Positions 18,640 to 27,528 of a DNA stretch of 64,000 bases are shown here, piece after piece (positions within the stretch are counted from its first letter, which is position 1; every line of letters begins with the position of its first letter). Where the stretch lies: NCBI GenBank assembly GCA_965223505.1, contig CBDCWP010000024.1:64001-128000 (forward strand). Reading direction: 5' to 3'. The translations under genes were made by a program, and so were the position numbers. The stretch is from Planctomycetota bacterium. GTDB taxonomy: Bacteria; Planctomycetota; PLA2; JAEUHO01. The notes under the pieces are model-generated. The model searched no databases. It was not told the origin of the DNA and saw only the letters and a program-made list of their open reading frames with translations.

Positions 18640-18990
18640 CTACGTCGCCGGCGGCGTGGTCGCGCTCGAACGCTGCGCCGCGATCTCGGCGGAGAGCGCC
18701 GCGGCGGCGGCGCCGCTCGACTGCGCGGTAGCCAGCAGGACGTGACGGTGACCCATGCCGGGCATCCCGTTGGACCAGATGATCTGGCCGGTGTCGGGGT
18801 CGAGCGCGTACACCCATCCGCCTGCGCCGCAGAGCAGCTGCCCGTTCTCGACGATGATCGAGACGACGCCGTAACCGGTGCTGGGCAGCGACACCTCCCA
18901 GACCGTGTCGCCGGTCTCCTGATCGAGCGCCAGGACGTGCCCGTTGGTCCCGGCGAACACGTAATCCACCCACTTCGGTCGCGCTGTCAT
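18640..18990 (-). CDS. Small PQQ-binding-like beta-propeller repeat protein
   Basis: Two ALD..TG...W repeats; GGAGG RBS. Confidence 0.8.
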   Translation of the reverse strand: MTARPKWVDYVFAGTNGHVLALDQETGDTVWEVSLPSTGYGVVSIIVENGQLLCGAGGWVYALDPDTGQIIWSNGMPGMGHRHVLLATAQSSGAAAAALSAEIAAQRSSATTPPAT

Positions 18991-19343
18991 GCCGTCCTCC
19001 GCCGTTCCTGCCCTGCGGCCGGGGAGCCGGGGACAAGGTACCAACGTCGCCAAGGGGGTTCCGAGACCCGGAACGGGCGGCGAACGAAGCGGATCGATCG
19101 CCCGGAAGACCCTTGAAATGGGCGTTTGCCGGGGGCCGGAATGATTGACGGGTTGCCGAGCGAGCCACCTACCCTATCCCGCGACGGGGCCTTCGCTCGT
19201 CAACCGCAAGCCTGGGGAAGTCCTTCATTGGTCCTCGAGTCCGCGGTCGCGTAGGCGGCTTTGTCAGTAACAGACGTATTTCGAAAGACTGGGTGGATCG
19301 ACGCGCGAGCGTCGTGAAGCGGCAGAAGAGGACCCAAAAGGGT

Positions 19344-19643
19344 ATGGCTGAGAACAAGCTTTACGTAGGCAACATGTCCTACAACAGCACCGAGCAGGAT
19401 CTGGAAGAGGCCTTCGGCGCCTTCGGTACCGTGCAGCGTGTCGACATCATCATGGACCGCGAGACGGGTCGCCCGCGCGGCTTCGCGTTCGTCGAGATGA
19501 GCAGCGACGCCGAGGCGAAGGCCGCGATCGAAGGCCTCGACGGTCAGGACGTCGGCGGACGTCAGCTCAAGGTCAACATCGCTCGCCCCCGCGAGAACCG
19601 TGGCGGCGGCGGCCGTGGCGGCTACGGCGGCGGTCGCTGGTAG
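19344..19643 (+). CDS. RRM-type RNA-binding protein with Gly/Arg-rich tail
   Basis: RNP2 LYVGNM, RNP1 [15 protein letters not shown] tail. Confidence 0.96.
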   Translation: MAENKLYVGNMSYNSTEQDLEEAFGAFGTVQRVDIIMDRETGRPRGFAFVEMSSDAEAKAAIEGLDGQDVGGRQLKVNIARPRENRGGGGRGGYGGGRW

Positions 19644-19755
19644 CAGCGAATCCGCGTGAGCGGCCCCGCTCGGCGTAGGGCCGCGCCGCAGACCGACAGC
19701 AAGAATCGACCTCGGAGCGCGACTCGACTTCGGGGCAACGGCTCCCGGTGCGTCC

Positions 19756-21312
19756 TCACGGTCCGCCGGTGATGCCCGGCCACGCGTCCGTGCGAAACGG
19801 CGACGCCGGCAGGCCCTCTGCGTTCACCAGATTGCAGACGGGGTTGTCGGCCCACGCGTAGCGCACGGCGACGGGCTTCTCCACCTTCGACGACGAGACC
19901 ACGATCTCGTCGCCGTCGATCTCGGCGTGCGCCCACACGAAGCGCCGGTCCTTGCCCGCGATCGCGAAGCCCTTCAGGGGCTCCCCGTCGCGTGCCTTCA
20001 GACCGCCGCCGACGTGGTCGAAGCGCAGGCGGATGCGCCGCTTCTGCTTCGGATCGACCTGCAGGGATCGATAGATCGGGCCGGAACAAACGATGTCGCG
20101 CCCGTAGTCCTTGGCAAGCGCCCAGCGCGCCAGCCGCGCGCCCACGTCGTGCTTGTTGGGCGGGTGGATGTTGCCGCCGGATCCGATGTCGATGATGACG
20201 GCCATCCCGGTCTTGGGCACGCCGCGAAGCGTCAGCAGCTGCGCCTCGCGCAGCTCCGCCCATGCGCTGTCGGCCGGCGCCTGGCGGATCGGCTTGAAGT
20301 TGGCGAGCTGCACGAAGTAGAAGGGGAACGCCCTGTTCCAGGCCTTCCGCCAACTGCGGATCATCGCCGGAAACAGCGTCCGGTACTGAAACGCGCGACC
20401 CGCGTTGCTCTCGCCCTGGTACCAGATGGCGCCCCGCATGCCGAACGGTACGAGCGGCGCCACCATGGCGTTGTAGAGACCGGAAGGCGAGTGCGGACTG
20501 CGGGCGGGGTCACCGGCGTTGCGTGGACGACGCGGCGGGCGCCTGCCCTCCTCTTTCGCCCTCTTCGCGGCGTCCTTCCAACGCGCCAGGTCGGCCTCGA
20601 ACTCCTTCTTCGCGCGCTCGGGATCGAACGCGTCGATACGCTTGCGCCATTGTTGGAGCAACGGCGAGAGGGAGCGCTCCTTGCGCAGCACCGACGCCTC
20701 CGCCCAAGCCTCCGCCGGCGTGCCGCCAAACGACGTGTTGATCAGTCCGATCGGCACGTCGAGTGCGTCGTGGAGGTTCTTCCCGAAGTGGAAGGCGACG
20801 GCGGAGAACTGCTTGACGGTTTCCGGCGTGCAGAGCAGCCACGAAGCCTCGAGGCGCTCCTGCGGCTCCCGCATGGCTCTGCGCGGAACCGTGAGCAGGC
20901 GAATCGTCGGCCGATCCGCCGACGCCAGCGTCGACTCGACCTGACCGGAACGCGCGACGGGCCACTGCATGTTGGATTGTCCCGAGCACACCCAGACCTC
21001 GCCGACGAGCACGTCCTTCAGCTCGATCCGGTTGGTTCCTTCGATCACCACGGGGCAGGGACCGATCCGGGACATCGGCTCGAGGGTGACGCGCCAGCGA
21101 CCCTTGGTGTCGGTCCGAGTGCTCGCGCTCGCCGCGCCGACGGTCACTTCGACCTTTTCCCCGGGATCCGCCCACCCCCAGACGGTGATGGGCTGGTCGC
21201 GCTGAATGACCATGCGGTCGCTCCAGACGGCGGCCGGCTCGACGTCCGCCCAGGCGGGCGTGGCTGCGATGTAGGTCAGAACGAAGGCGCAAACGGCCGT
21301 GCGGATCAACAT
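19756..21312 (-). CDS. Sialate O-acetylesterase (SASA, SGNH)
   Basis: GEVWVCSGQSNM, GAIWYQGESN, IHPPNK, VAVRYAW..NP. Confidence 0.94.
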   Translation of the reverse strand: MLIRTAVCAFVLTYIAATPAWADVEPAAVWSDRMVIQRDQPITVWGWADPGEKVEVTVGAASASTRTDTKGRWRVTLEPMSRIGPCPVVIEGTNRIELKDVLVGEVWVCSGQSNMQWPVARSGQVESTLASADRPTIRLLTVPRRAMREPQERLEASWLLCTPETVKQFSAVAFHFGKNLHDALDVPIGLINTSFGGTPAEAWAEASVLRKERSLSPLLQQWRKRIDAFDPERAKKEFEADLARWKDAAKRAKEEGRRPPRRPRNAGDPARSPHSPSGLYNAMVAPLVPFGMRGAIWYQGESNAGRAFQYRTLFPAMIRSWRKAWNRAFPFYFVQLANFKPIRQAPADSAWAELREAQLLTLRGVPKTGMAVIIDIGSGGNIHPPNKHDVGARLARWALAKDYGRDIVCSGPIYRSLQVDPKQKRRIRLRFDHVGGGLKARDGEPLKGFAIAGKDRRFVWAHAEIDGDEIVVSSSKVEKPVAVRYAWADNPVCNLVNAEGLPASPFRTDAWPGITGGP

Positions 21313-21349
21313 GCCGGCGAAGGTACGGTCGGCATGGTGCGCCGCGCAA

Positions 21350-23050
21350 CTACTTCGGCTGCTTGTACTTCGTCCGAAGCGCCGCTTCGTGCTGTTCGAA
21401 CCAGGCACGCCACGCCTTCTGCAGCTTGAGGCGATCGCTACCCTTCAGCCCCGCGTGAAACGGAAACGACTTCGGGTGCTGGCCCGAGATGCGCAGCAGC
21501 GCCAGGTTCACGGCGTGCCGCACGAGGTCGTCCTTGTCGCCGAGCGCGTCGATCAGCGACGGCATCGCATCGACGGCGCGCAGGTGCTGGAGCGCCACGA
21601 CCGCGCCGACACGCGCATACGGCGCCGTGTGCGTTCGCATGGTGGCGATCAGCGGCCGGACCGAGCGCAAGTCGCCGAGCCGATCGAGCTTGAGCGTCGC
21701 GCGAAACACGTCGTTCGCGTCGTTGCTCCGGAGCTTCTTGATCCAGTACTTCAGCGCCGCTTCGTGATCCAGCTCGTCGCCCGGCTTGGCGACGGGCGCC
21801 CCTTGTCCCGTCTTCGGCTTGCGCTCCTTCGGCGGCTCGGAGGTACTCGGCGTGATGGCCGGGGCGTCCATGCGCGACGTCGCGCGCTTGAGAAACAGCA
21901 AGGCGAAGCAGTTGTCCTCCCAGAACTGCCCGCTGTGGAACATCCCCTTCTTGTCCTGCTTGCTCGTGAGGAAGTCGGCGCCTTCCTTGTACCAATCGTG
22001 GTCACCCAGATTGCGGAAGCGCCCGAGGATGCCCGACCGCTCGAGGCCGTAGAGGTAGTACCAGTGCCACTCCTTGGCGCCGTACGGATTGTGGACGACG
22101 GCGAAGTGATGCTGCAGCCACGCCATGGCGTCGCGGATCCCGCGGCGCGTATCCACGCGCAACTTGCCCGTGAACGCGCGCGATCGCCACATGCGGTTCT
22201 GGCAGATGATCAGGCTGCACAGGCCCGCCGTCGTCATCGACCCGTTGACCCTCGCGCCGTGCCGGTACCGAAATCCGCGCGCGAGCGAACGCTCGATCCA
22301 CTCGAAGCGGTAGCGACCGCGCACCTCGTTGGCGCGGTAGAAGATGGGCGGCCCGGTCGTTTCCTGCTGTGCCAGCAGGAATTCGAGCGCGTCGAGCCAG
22401 ACCTCGTTCTTGACCGTCACGCCGCAGCGCGTGGCCGCGTGCAGTCCCAACAACGCGAACTGCGTGCAGGACAGGTCGTACTCGCCGCCGGACGGGTAGC
22501 GCCAGACGCCGTCGCCGGTCTGCGCCTCCGTGAGGAAGGCGACGCCTCTCTCCATCCACGCCTTGTCGTCCGCGGTGATCTTGCGCGCGCAGTCGTCGCG
22601 GCCGGCGCCGAGGTCGTACTTGTCCGCGTCGTCGTCGAACGGATCGCGCGCGGGAACGTACTTCGCGTCGAGCGCCATCAACAACGCGCCGACCGCGTAG
22701 GTGCGGCGCATCTCGAGCTTGCCCAAATACGCGAACGCCTTCTGAACGGCCTCGTGGTCGGGCTTCACCCCGCACTTGAGCAACGTGAGCGTGGCGAGCG
22801 CGGTAGGGCCCATCGGATAACCGCGGTGGTAGTTCATGAACGACCAGCTGCCGTCCGGACGCTGGGCGCTCAGCAACCACGCCGTGCCCCTGCGCAGCGC
22901 GTCATTGACCTTGACACGAAAGTCGAGCGGATAGCGCTCGTTGAGCACCTTGACGAAGTCGCTCTCTTCGTCGGCCGAAGCCGGCGCGAGCACGCCGCTG
23001 CATGGAAGCGTGAGCAACGCAAGCGACACCGTGAGCGCGACCCGTCCCAT
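21350..23050 (-). CDS. Secreted prenyltransferase/squalene-oxidase-repeat protein with C-terminal HEAT repeats
   Basis: WLLSAQRPDGSW, DLS.TQFALLGL, GSMTTAGL, YYLYGLER; HEAT repeats at the C-terminus. Confidence 0.82.
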   Translation of the reverse strand: MGRVALTVSLALLTLPCSGVLAPASADEESDFVKVLNERYPLDFRVKVNDALRRGTAWLLSAQRPDGSWSFMNYHRGYPMGPTALATLTLLKCGVKPDHEAVQKAFAYLGKLEMRRTYAVGALLMALDAKYVPARDPFDDDADKYDLGAGRDDCARKITADDKAWMERGVAFLTEAQTGDGVWRYPSGGEYDLSCTQFALLGLHAATRCGVTVKNEVWLDALEFLLAQQETTGPPIFYRANEVRGRYRFEWIERSLARGFRYRHGARVNGSMTTAGLCSLIICQNRMWRSRAFTGKLRVDTRRGIRDAMAWLQHHFAVVHNPYGAKEWHWYYLYGLERSGILGRFRNLGDHDWYKEGADFLTSKQDKKGMFHSGQFWEDNCFALLFLKRATSRMDAPAITPSTSEPPKERKPKTGQGAPVAKPGDELDHEAALKYWIKKLRSNDANDVFRATLKLDRLGDLRSVRPLIATMRTHTAPYARVGAVVALQHLRAVDAMPSLIDALGDKDDLVRHAVNLALLRISGQHPKSFPFHAGLKGSDRLKLQKAWRAWFEQHEAALRTKYKQPK

Positions 23051-23087
23051 GACGGAGGAGTATACGCATCACGTACAGGTCGGGCGG

Positions 23088-23681
23088 CTACATCGAGTAG
23101 CCGAGGTCCCCCTGCGTCGCCAGCCGCTCTTCGTAGAAGCCCTTCGGCACGTCGGGGACGCCCGCGCCGTCGACCCAACGGTTGAAGTAGTTGAAGATCG
23201 AGCAGACCGTGGCGGCGTCGTAGACCGCGGACTCCGACCAGCCCGCGTCCTTGCACGCGTCGACGTCGGACTGGCGCACGGATGCCGGCGCGTCGTTGAG
23301 CTTCGCGACGTAGCGAAACAGCGTCTTTTCCTTCTCGGAGATCGGCGCGGACTCGAAGTCCGCGCAAACGGCGTCGACTGTGGGCCTGTCTTCGAGCAGA
23401 TGGGCCGCGACCGCGGCGTGCGCCGACGTTCAGAACTTGCAGTGGTTGCGCGCCGAGACCATCGCCGCGATGAGCTCGCGTTGACCGGGTGTGAGGTCGG
23501 ACGGACCGCGCATCACACACTGCATGAACTCCGCGAGGTGCCTGGCTGCGTCCGCGCGCTGCGCGAACAGGTAGTACAGACCGGGCGGCTGCTTCCCCTT
23601 CTTGCGCAGCGCAGTGATCGTGCGGCCGTAGCGGCCCGCGTCCTCGGGCGGCTCCGCCTGCTGGATCTCCTTGAAGTACAT
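23088..23681 (-). CDS. AhpD/carboxymuconolactone-decarboxylase family peroxidase-related selenoprotein (CKFU), 197 aa with UGA readthrough
   Basis: L...QRELIA..VS..N.C-K-F-(TGA at 23430-23432)-TSAH continues in frame to TAG 23088 with the typical C-half (GWS..A.YDA..V..FNYFNR..DG); GAAGGAGG RBS. Confidence 0.88.
23404..23417 (-). promoter_or_regulatory. Bacterial SECIS-like hairpin
   Basis: 12 nt after the UGA: GCCGC-GGUC-GCGGC; the apical loop begins with G about 17 nt from the UGA. Confidence 0.7.
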
Positions 23682-23701
23682 GGACCGGATCCTCCTTCGC
23701 G

Positions 23702-24310
23702 TCACTCGATCTCGAGCACGCGCCAGCAATACCACGCGAACACGCTGCGCCACGGCCGATACGACTCGCCGAACGCGCGCGTCTCGTCCACGTCCGGCAC
23801 CTCGTCGTAGCCGCCGAAGACGCCGACGCCCTTGCGCACGCCCAGGTCGCCGGCCGGCCACACGTCGAGGCGGCCCAGCGAGAACATCAGGTGCATGTGC
23901 GCGCTCCACTCGCCGATGCCGCGCACCTGGGTGAGCGTGTCGACGACCTCGTCGTCGGACAGACGCCACAGCGAGCCCGGCTTCACCCTGCCGTCGGCGA
24001 CGTGCCGGGCCAGGTCCCGGATCGCGGCCACCTTGTTGTTCGACAGGCCGGCTGCCCGCAAGGTCGTGGCGCGCTTGCGCAACACGGCACGAGGGTCGGG
24101 CTTGCGTCCCGGAAACAGGTCCAGGAAGCGCCCCCAAATCGTCGCCGCCGCCTTCCCGGACAGCTGCTGGTACGCGATCGACCGCGCGATGGTCGTGAAG
24201 GTGGACGGGTGGATGCCCAGGCGCGGGGGGCCGGCGATGTCGACGAGGCGCGCGAGGCGCGGGTCGCGTTCGCTCAGCTCATCGCAGGCTTGTCGTAGGG
24301 GCGCAGTCAC
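23702..24310 (-). CDS. DNA-3-methyladenine glycosylase II (AlkA/HhH-GPD)
   Basis: I.YQQLSGKAA, LT.VRGIG.WSA, DVWP.GDLGVR, YRPWRS; start position is approximate. Confidence 0.92.
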   Translation of the reverse strand: MTAPLRQACDELSERDPRLARLVDIAGPPRLGIHPSTFTTIARSIAYQQLSGKAAATIWGRFLDLFPGRKPDPRAVLRKRATTLRAAGLSNNKVAAIRDLARHVADGRVKPGSLWRLSDDEVVDTLTQVRGIGEWSAHMHLMFSLGRLDVWPAGDLGVRKGVGVFGGYDEVPDVDETRAFGESYRPWRSVFAWYCWRVLEIE

Positions 24311-24365
24311 GGAATCGGGGACGAAGGGTAGCAGCGCCCCACGCGCTCGGGCAGACTCGCTACCC

Positions 24366-26414
24366 ATGACCGTAACCAACGCACCGCTGACGTCCCGAAC
24401 CCTCTACGAGTCCCGCGAGGGCGAACCCCTCACGCCGGAGCGGCTGTGGCGGCTGCCGCGCGTCGGGTCGCCCGTGCCTGCACCGGACGCGAGCTACCTC
24501 GCGGTCCCCGTGACCACCTATGACCAGGACGGAAGCGACGCGACCAGCCGTATCTGGCGCGTCGACGTCGAGAGCGGTGCGGCGCGCCCGCTCACGTCGG
24601 CGGACGCACACAGCAGCCAACCTTCGTTCTCGCCGGCGGGAACGGAGCTGGCGTTCGTACGCAAGCCGGTCGGGAAGCAGACGCCGAAGGACGACGAGCT
24701 GCCCGTCGCGCCGCAGATCTACCTGCTGCCGCTCGACGGCGGCGAGCCCGAGTGCGTCACGGACATGCCGCTCGGAAGCTTCGATCCGCGGTGGTTGCCG
24801 GACGGTTCGGGCATCGTGTTCGGCGCGTTCCTGCTCGAAGGCCACCTCACACCGGAGGCGACGCGCGAAGAGGCGCTGCGGCGCGATCGTCCGCAGACCG
24901 TGCACATCACCGAGGAGCGGCTCTACCGGTTCTGGGACCAGTGGCTGACCGACGGCAAGTTCCCGCATCTGTTCGTGCTCGACCTGAAGACGCGCGAGCT
25001 GCGAGACATCATGCCGGACGCGACGCTCTGGTTCGGCTGGATGGAGACGTCGGACAAGTACGAGATCGCGCCCGACGGGAAGACCGTGTTGCTCAGCGCG
25101 TTCACGTGCAGCGGAGAGCACGGACGGCCGCGCACCGACATCTACCGGATCCCGATCGAAGGCGGCACGCCCGAGAACCTGACGGGGCACAACCCGGCCA
25201 GCTCCTTCGGCGCCCGATTCACGCCGGACGGCAAGGCGTTCGTCTACGGCATGACGCACGACGACGACTTCTACGCCGACCGCGTGCGTCTGATGCGGCA
25301 GGACTGCGCCACGAGCGAGGAGTCACCGGTGCTGACGGCGTGGGAGCACTCGCCGGACGGCTGGCGCTTCGACGCGAAGGGCGAACTCGTTTTCCAGGCG
25401 GAGGTCGATGCGCGCGTGCGGGTCTTCCGCTTGGACGCAACGGCGCAAGACGACACGGGCGCGCCGACGCCGCTGACCGAGGGCGGATCCTGTACGGGCA
25501 TTCGCCCCGCCGCTGACGGGACGCTCCACTTCCTGAAGCAGACCCTCTCACAACCGCCGGAGGCCGCGACGTGCCCTGCGGACGGTGGGGAGACGCGGTA
25601 CACGACGCGGTTCACGGAGGACGTGGTGTCGAACCTCGGTCTGGCGGAGGTTCGCGACGCGCGGTTCGTCGGTGCGGCGGACGCCGAGATCCAGATGTTC
25701 GTCATCCTCCCCGCGGATCACGCGGAAGGCACGCCGCTGCCGCTGGTCCATCTGGTTCACGGAGGGCCGCACGGCGTCTTCGGCGACCTCTGGCAGTGGC
25801 GCTGGAATGCGCAGACGTTCGCGGCGAAGGGCTACGCCGTGGCGCTGGTGAATTTCCACGGCTCGACGTCCTGGGGACAGGAGTTCGCGCAGTGCATCCA
25901 GGGCGCGTGGGGCGACCGGCCGTACGTGGACGTCATGAAGGCGACTGACGCGTTGATCGACGCCGGCATCGCCGACGCCGAGCGCATGGCGGTGGCGGGT
26001 GCGTCCTACGGCGGCTACCTGGTCTCATGGATCGCGAGCAACACGGATCGCTTCGCTTGTGCCGTCAATCACGCCGGCGTGTACGACATGAAGCTCAAGT
26101 ACGCGGCCGACTTCACATTCGGACTGCGACGAACGCAGGGCTCGGTGCCGTGGGAGGACGACGGACCGATCGACGCCCACGATCCGGCGCGCACGGTGAA
26201 GGGTCTGAACACGCCGATGCTCGTGTCGCACGGGGAGAAGGACTACCGCGTCGTCGTGAATCACGCGTTGGAGTGCTACGGGCTGTTGAAGGCCAAGGGC
26301 GTTCCGGCTCGACTGGTGTACTTCACCGACGAGAACCACTGGGTCTTGAAGCGGAAGAACTCGATGATCTGGTACGACGAGGTCTTCGATTGGTTCGAGC
26401 GCTTCCTGAAATAG
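24366..26414 (+). CDS. S9 family dipeptidyl/acylaminoacyl peptidase
   Basis: TolB-like propeller; HGGP, GASYGG (Ser), GEKDYRV (Asp), DENHW (His). Confidence 0.94.
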   Translation: MTVTNAPLTSRTLYESREGEPLTPERLWRLPRVGSPVPAPDASYLAVPVTTYDQDGSDATSRIWRVDVESGAARPLTSADAHSSQPSFSPAGTELAFVRKPVGKQTPKDDELPVAPQIYLLPLDGGEPECVTDMPLGSFDPRWLPDGSGIVFGAFLLEGHLTPEATREEALRRDRPQTVHITEERLYRFWDQWLTDGKFPHLFVLDLKTRELRDIMPDATLWFGWMETSDKYEIAPDGKTVLLSAFTCSGEHGRPRTDIYRIPIEGGTPENLTGHNPASSFGARFTPDGKAFVYGMTHDDDFYADRVRLMRQDCATSEESPVLTAWEHSPDGWRFDAKGELVFQAEVDARVRVFRLDATAQDDTGAPTPLTEGGSCTGIRPAADGTLHFLKQTLSQPPEAATCPADGGETRYTTRFTEDVVSNLGLAEVRDARFVGAADAEIQMFVILPADHAEGTPLPLVHLVHGGPHGVFGDLWQWRWNAQTFAAKGYAVALVNFHGSTSWGQEFAQCIQGAWGDRPYVDVMKATDALIDAGIADAERMAVAGASYGGYLVSWIASNTDRFACAVNHAGVYDMKLKYAADFTFGLRRTQGSVPWEDDGPIDAHDPARTVKGLNTPMLVSHGEKDYRVVVNHALECYGLLKAKGVPARLVYFTDENHWVLKRKNSMIWYDEVFDWFERFLK

Positions 26415-26491
26415 GGCCGGCCCTTGTGGCTGCCCCACCGTGCATGCGGCAGAAATCGACCCACGAGCGGTTGGGCGACTGAGGGTCGCCC

Positions 26492-27358
26492 CTACAGGTA
26501 CGGCCCGATGATCGCCGCAAGTCGCGCCTTGGTCGCCGGCGGCACCTTCTCGAGCTGCGTCACCATCGACGTCTCGAGCACCCGATTCTCCGGCAGCTGC
26601 TCCGTCGGGACGTGCTTCAGCGCGGCCCGCAGCACCTCCTCGGCGACATGCGCGTTGTCGCGCAGCACGGCGAGGATCTCCCGGGTATCGACACCGCCCT
26701 CGTGCGGCCGCCACGCGTCGTAGTCGGTCACGAGACTCAACGCGGCGAACGCCATCTCCGCTTCACGCGCCAGGCGCGCCTCCGTGATGTTCGTCATCCC
26801 GATGACGTCGCAATCGAGGCCGCGATAGAACATGCTCTCCGCACGCGTCGAGAACTGCGGCCCCTCCATGCAGAGGTACGTGCCGCCGACCTGCGGGGCG
26901 TGGCCCGTTTCCGAGGCGCCCTCGAAGAGCGCCGCTCGGAGCGGCTCCGAGAACGGGTCCGCCATGGAGACGTGCACGACGAACCCGTCGCCGAAGAAGG
27001 TGTCTTGCCGATGGCGGGTTCGATCGAGGAACTGGTCGGGAATGACGAGCGTGCGCGGCGGAAGCTCTTCCTTCAAGCTGCCGACGGCGCCGGCGGAGAG
27101 CACCTTGGAGACACCGAGCATCTTCAGCGCGTAGATGTTGGCCCGGTACGGAATCTCCGTGGGAAGCAACGTGTGGCCTTCACCGTGGCGCGCGATGAAC
27201 GCGACCCGCCGCCCTTCGAGCAGGCCGGCGCGCACCGTGGACGACGGCGCGCCGTACGGGGTGTCGACGACGAGATCCCGCACCTCGGTCAGCCCTTCCA
27301 TCGAGTAGAGCCCGGTGCCGCCCAGCAAGCCGATTTCCGCCGTCACGCCGTCGATCAT
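26492..27358 (-). CDS. mtnP: S-methyl-5'-thioadenosine phosphorylase
   Basis: GGTGLY, RHG..H...P, YRANIYAL, MEGPQFSTRAES, VIGMT, VTDYD.W. Confidence 0.94.
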   Translation of the reverse strand: MIDGVTAEIGLLGGTGLYSMEGLTEVRDLVVDTPYGAPSSTVRAGLLEGRRVAFIARHGEGHTLLPTEIPYRANIYALKMLGVSKVLSAGAVGSLKEELPPRTLVIPDQFLDRTRHRQDTFFGDGFVVHVSMADPFSEPLRAALFEGASETGHAPQVGGTYLCMEGPQFSTRAESMFYRGLDCDVIGMTNITEARLAREAEMAFAALSLVTDYDAWRPHEGGVDTREILAVLRDNAHVAEEVLRAALKHVPTEQLPENRVLETSMVTQLEKVPPATKARLAAIIGPYL

Positions 27359-27528
27359 GGAGACCTCCGGGCCGAGAGAATACGGGATCGAAGCAGGCCT
27401 GCCCCGCCTGGCCTGAACGAAGTCGAAACACCCGCAACCTCGCTACGGGCGGGGTGTTTATGCTCTTGGTGCCCGTGTTCGGCCCGCTCGTTCGGCCGGC
27501 GCGGCGCTTCCGCTCGAGGAGACCCGTC

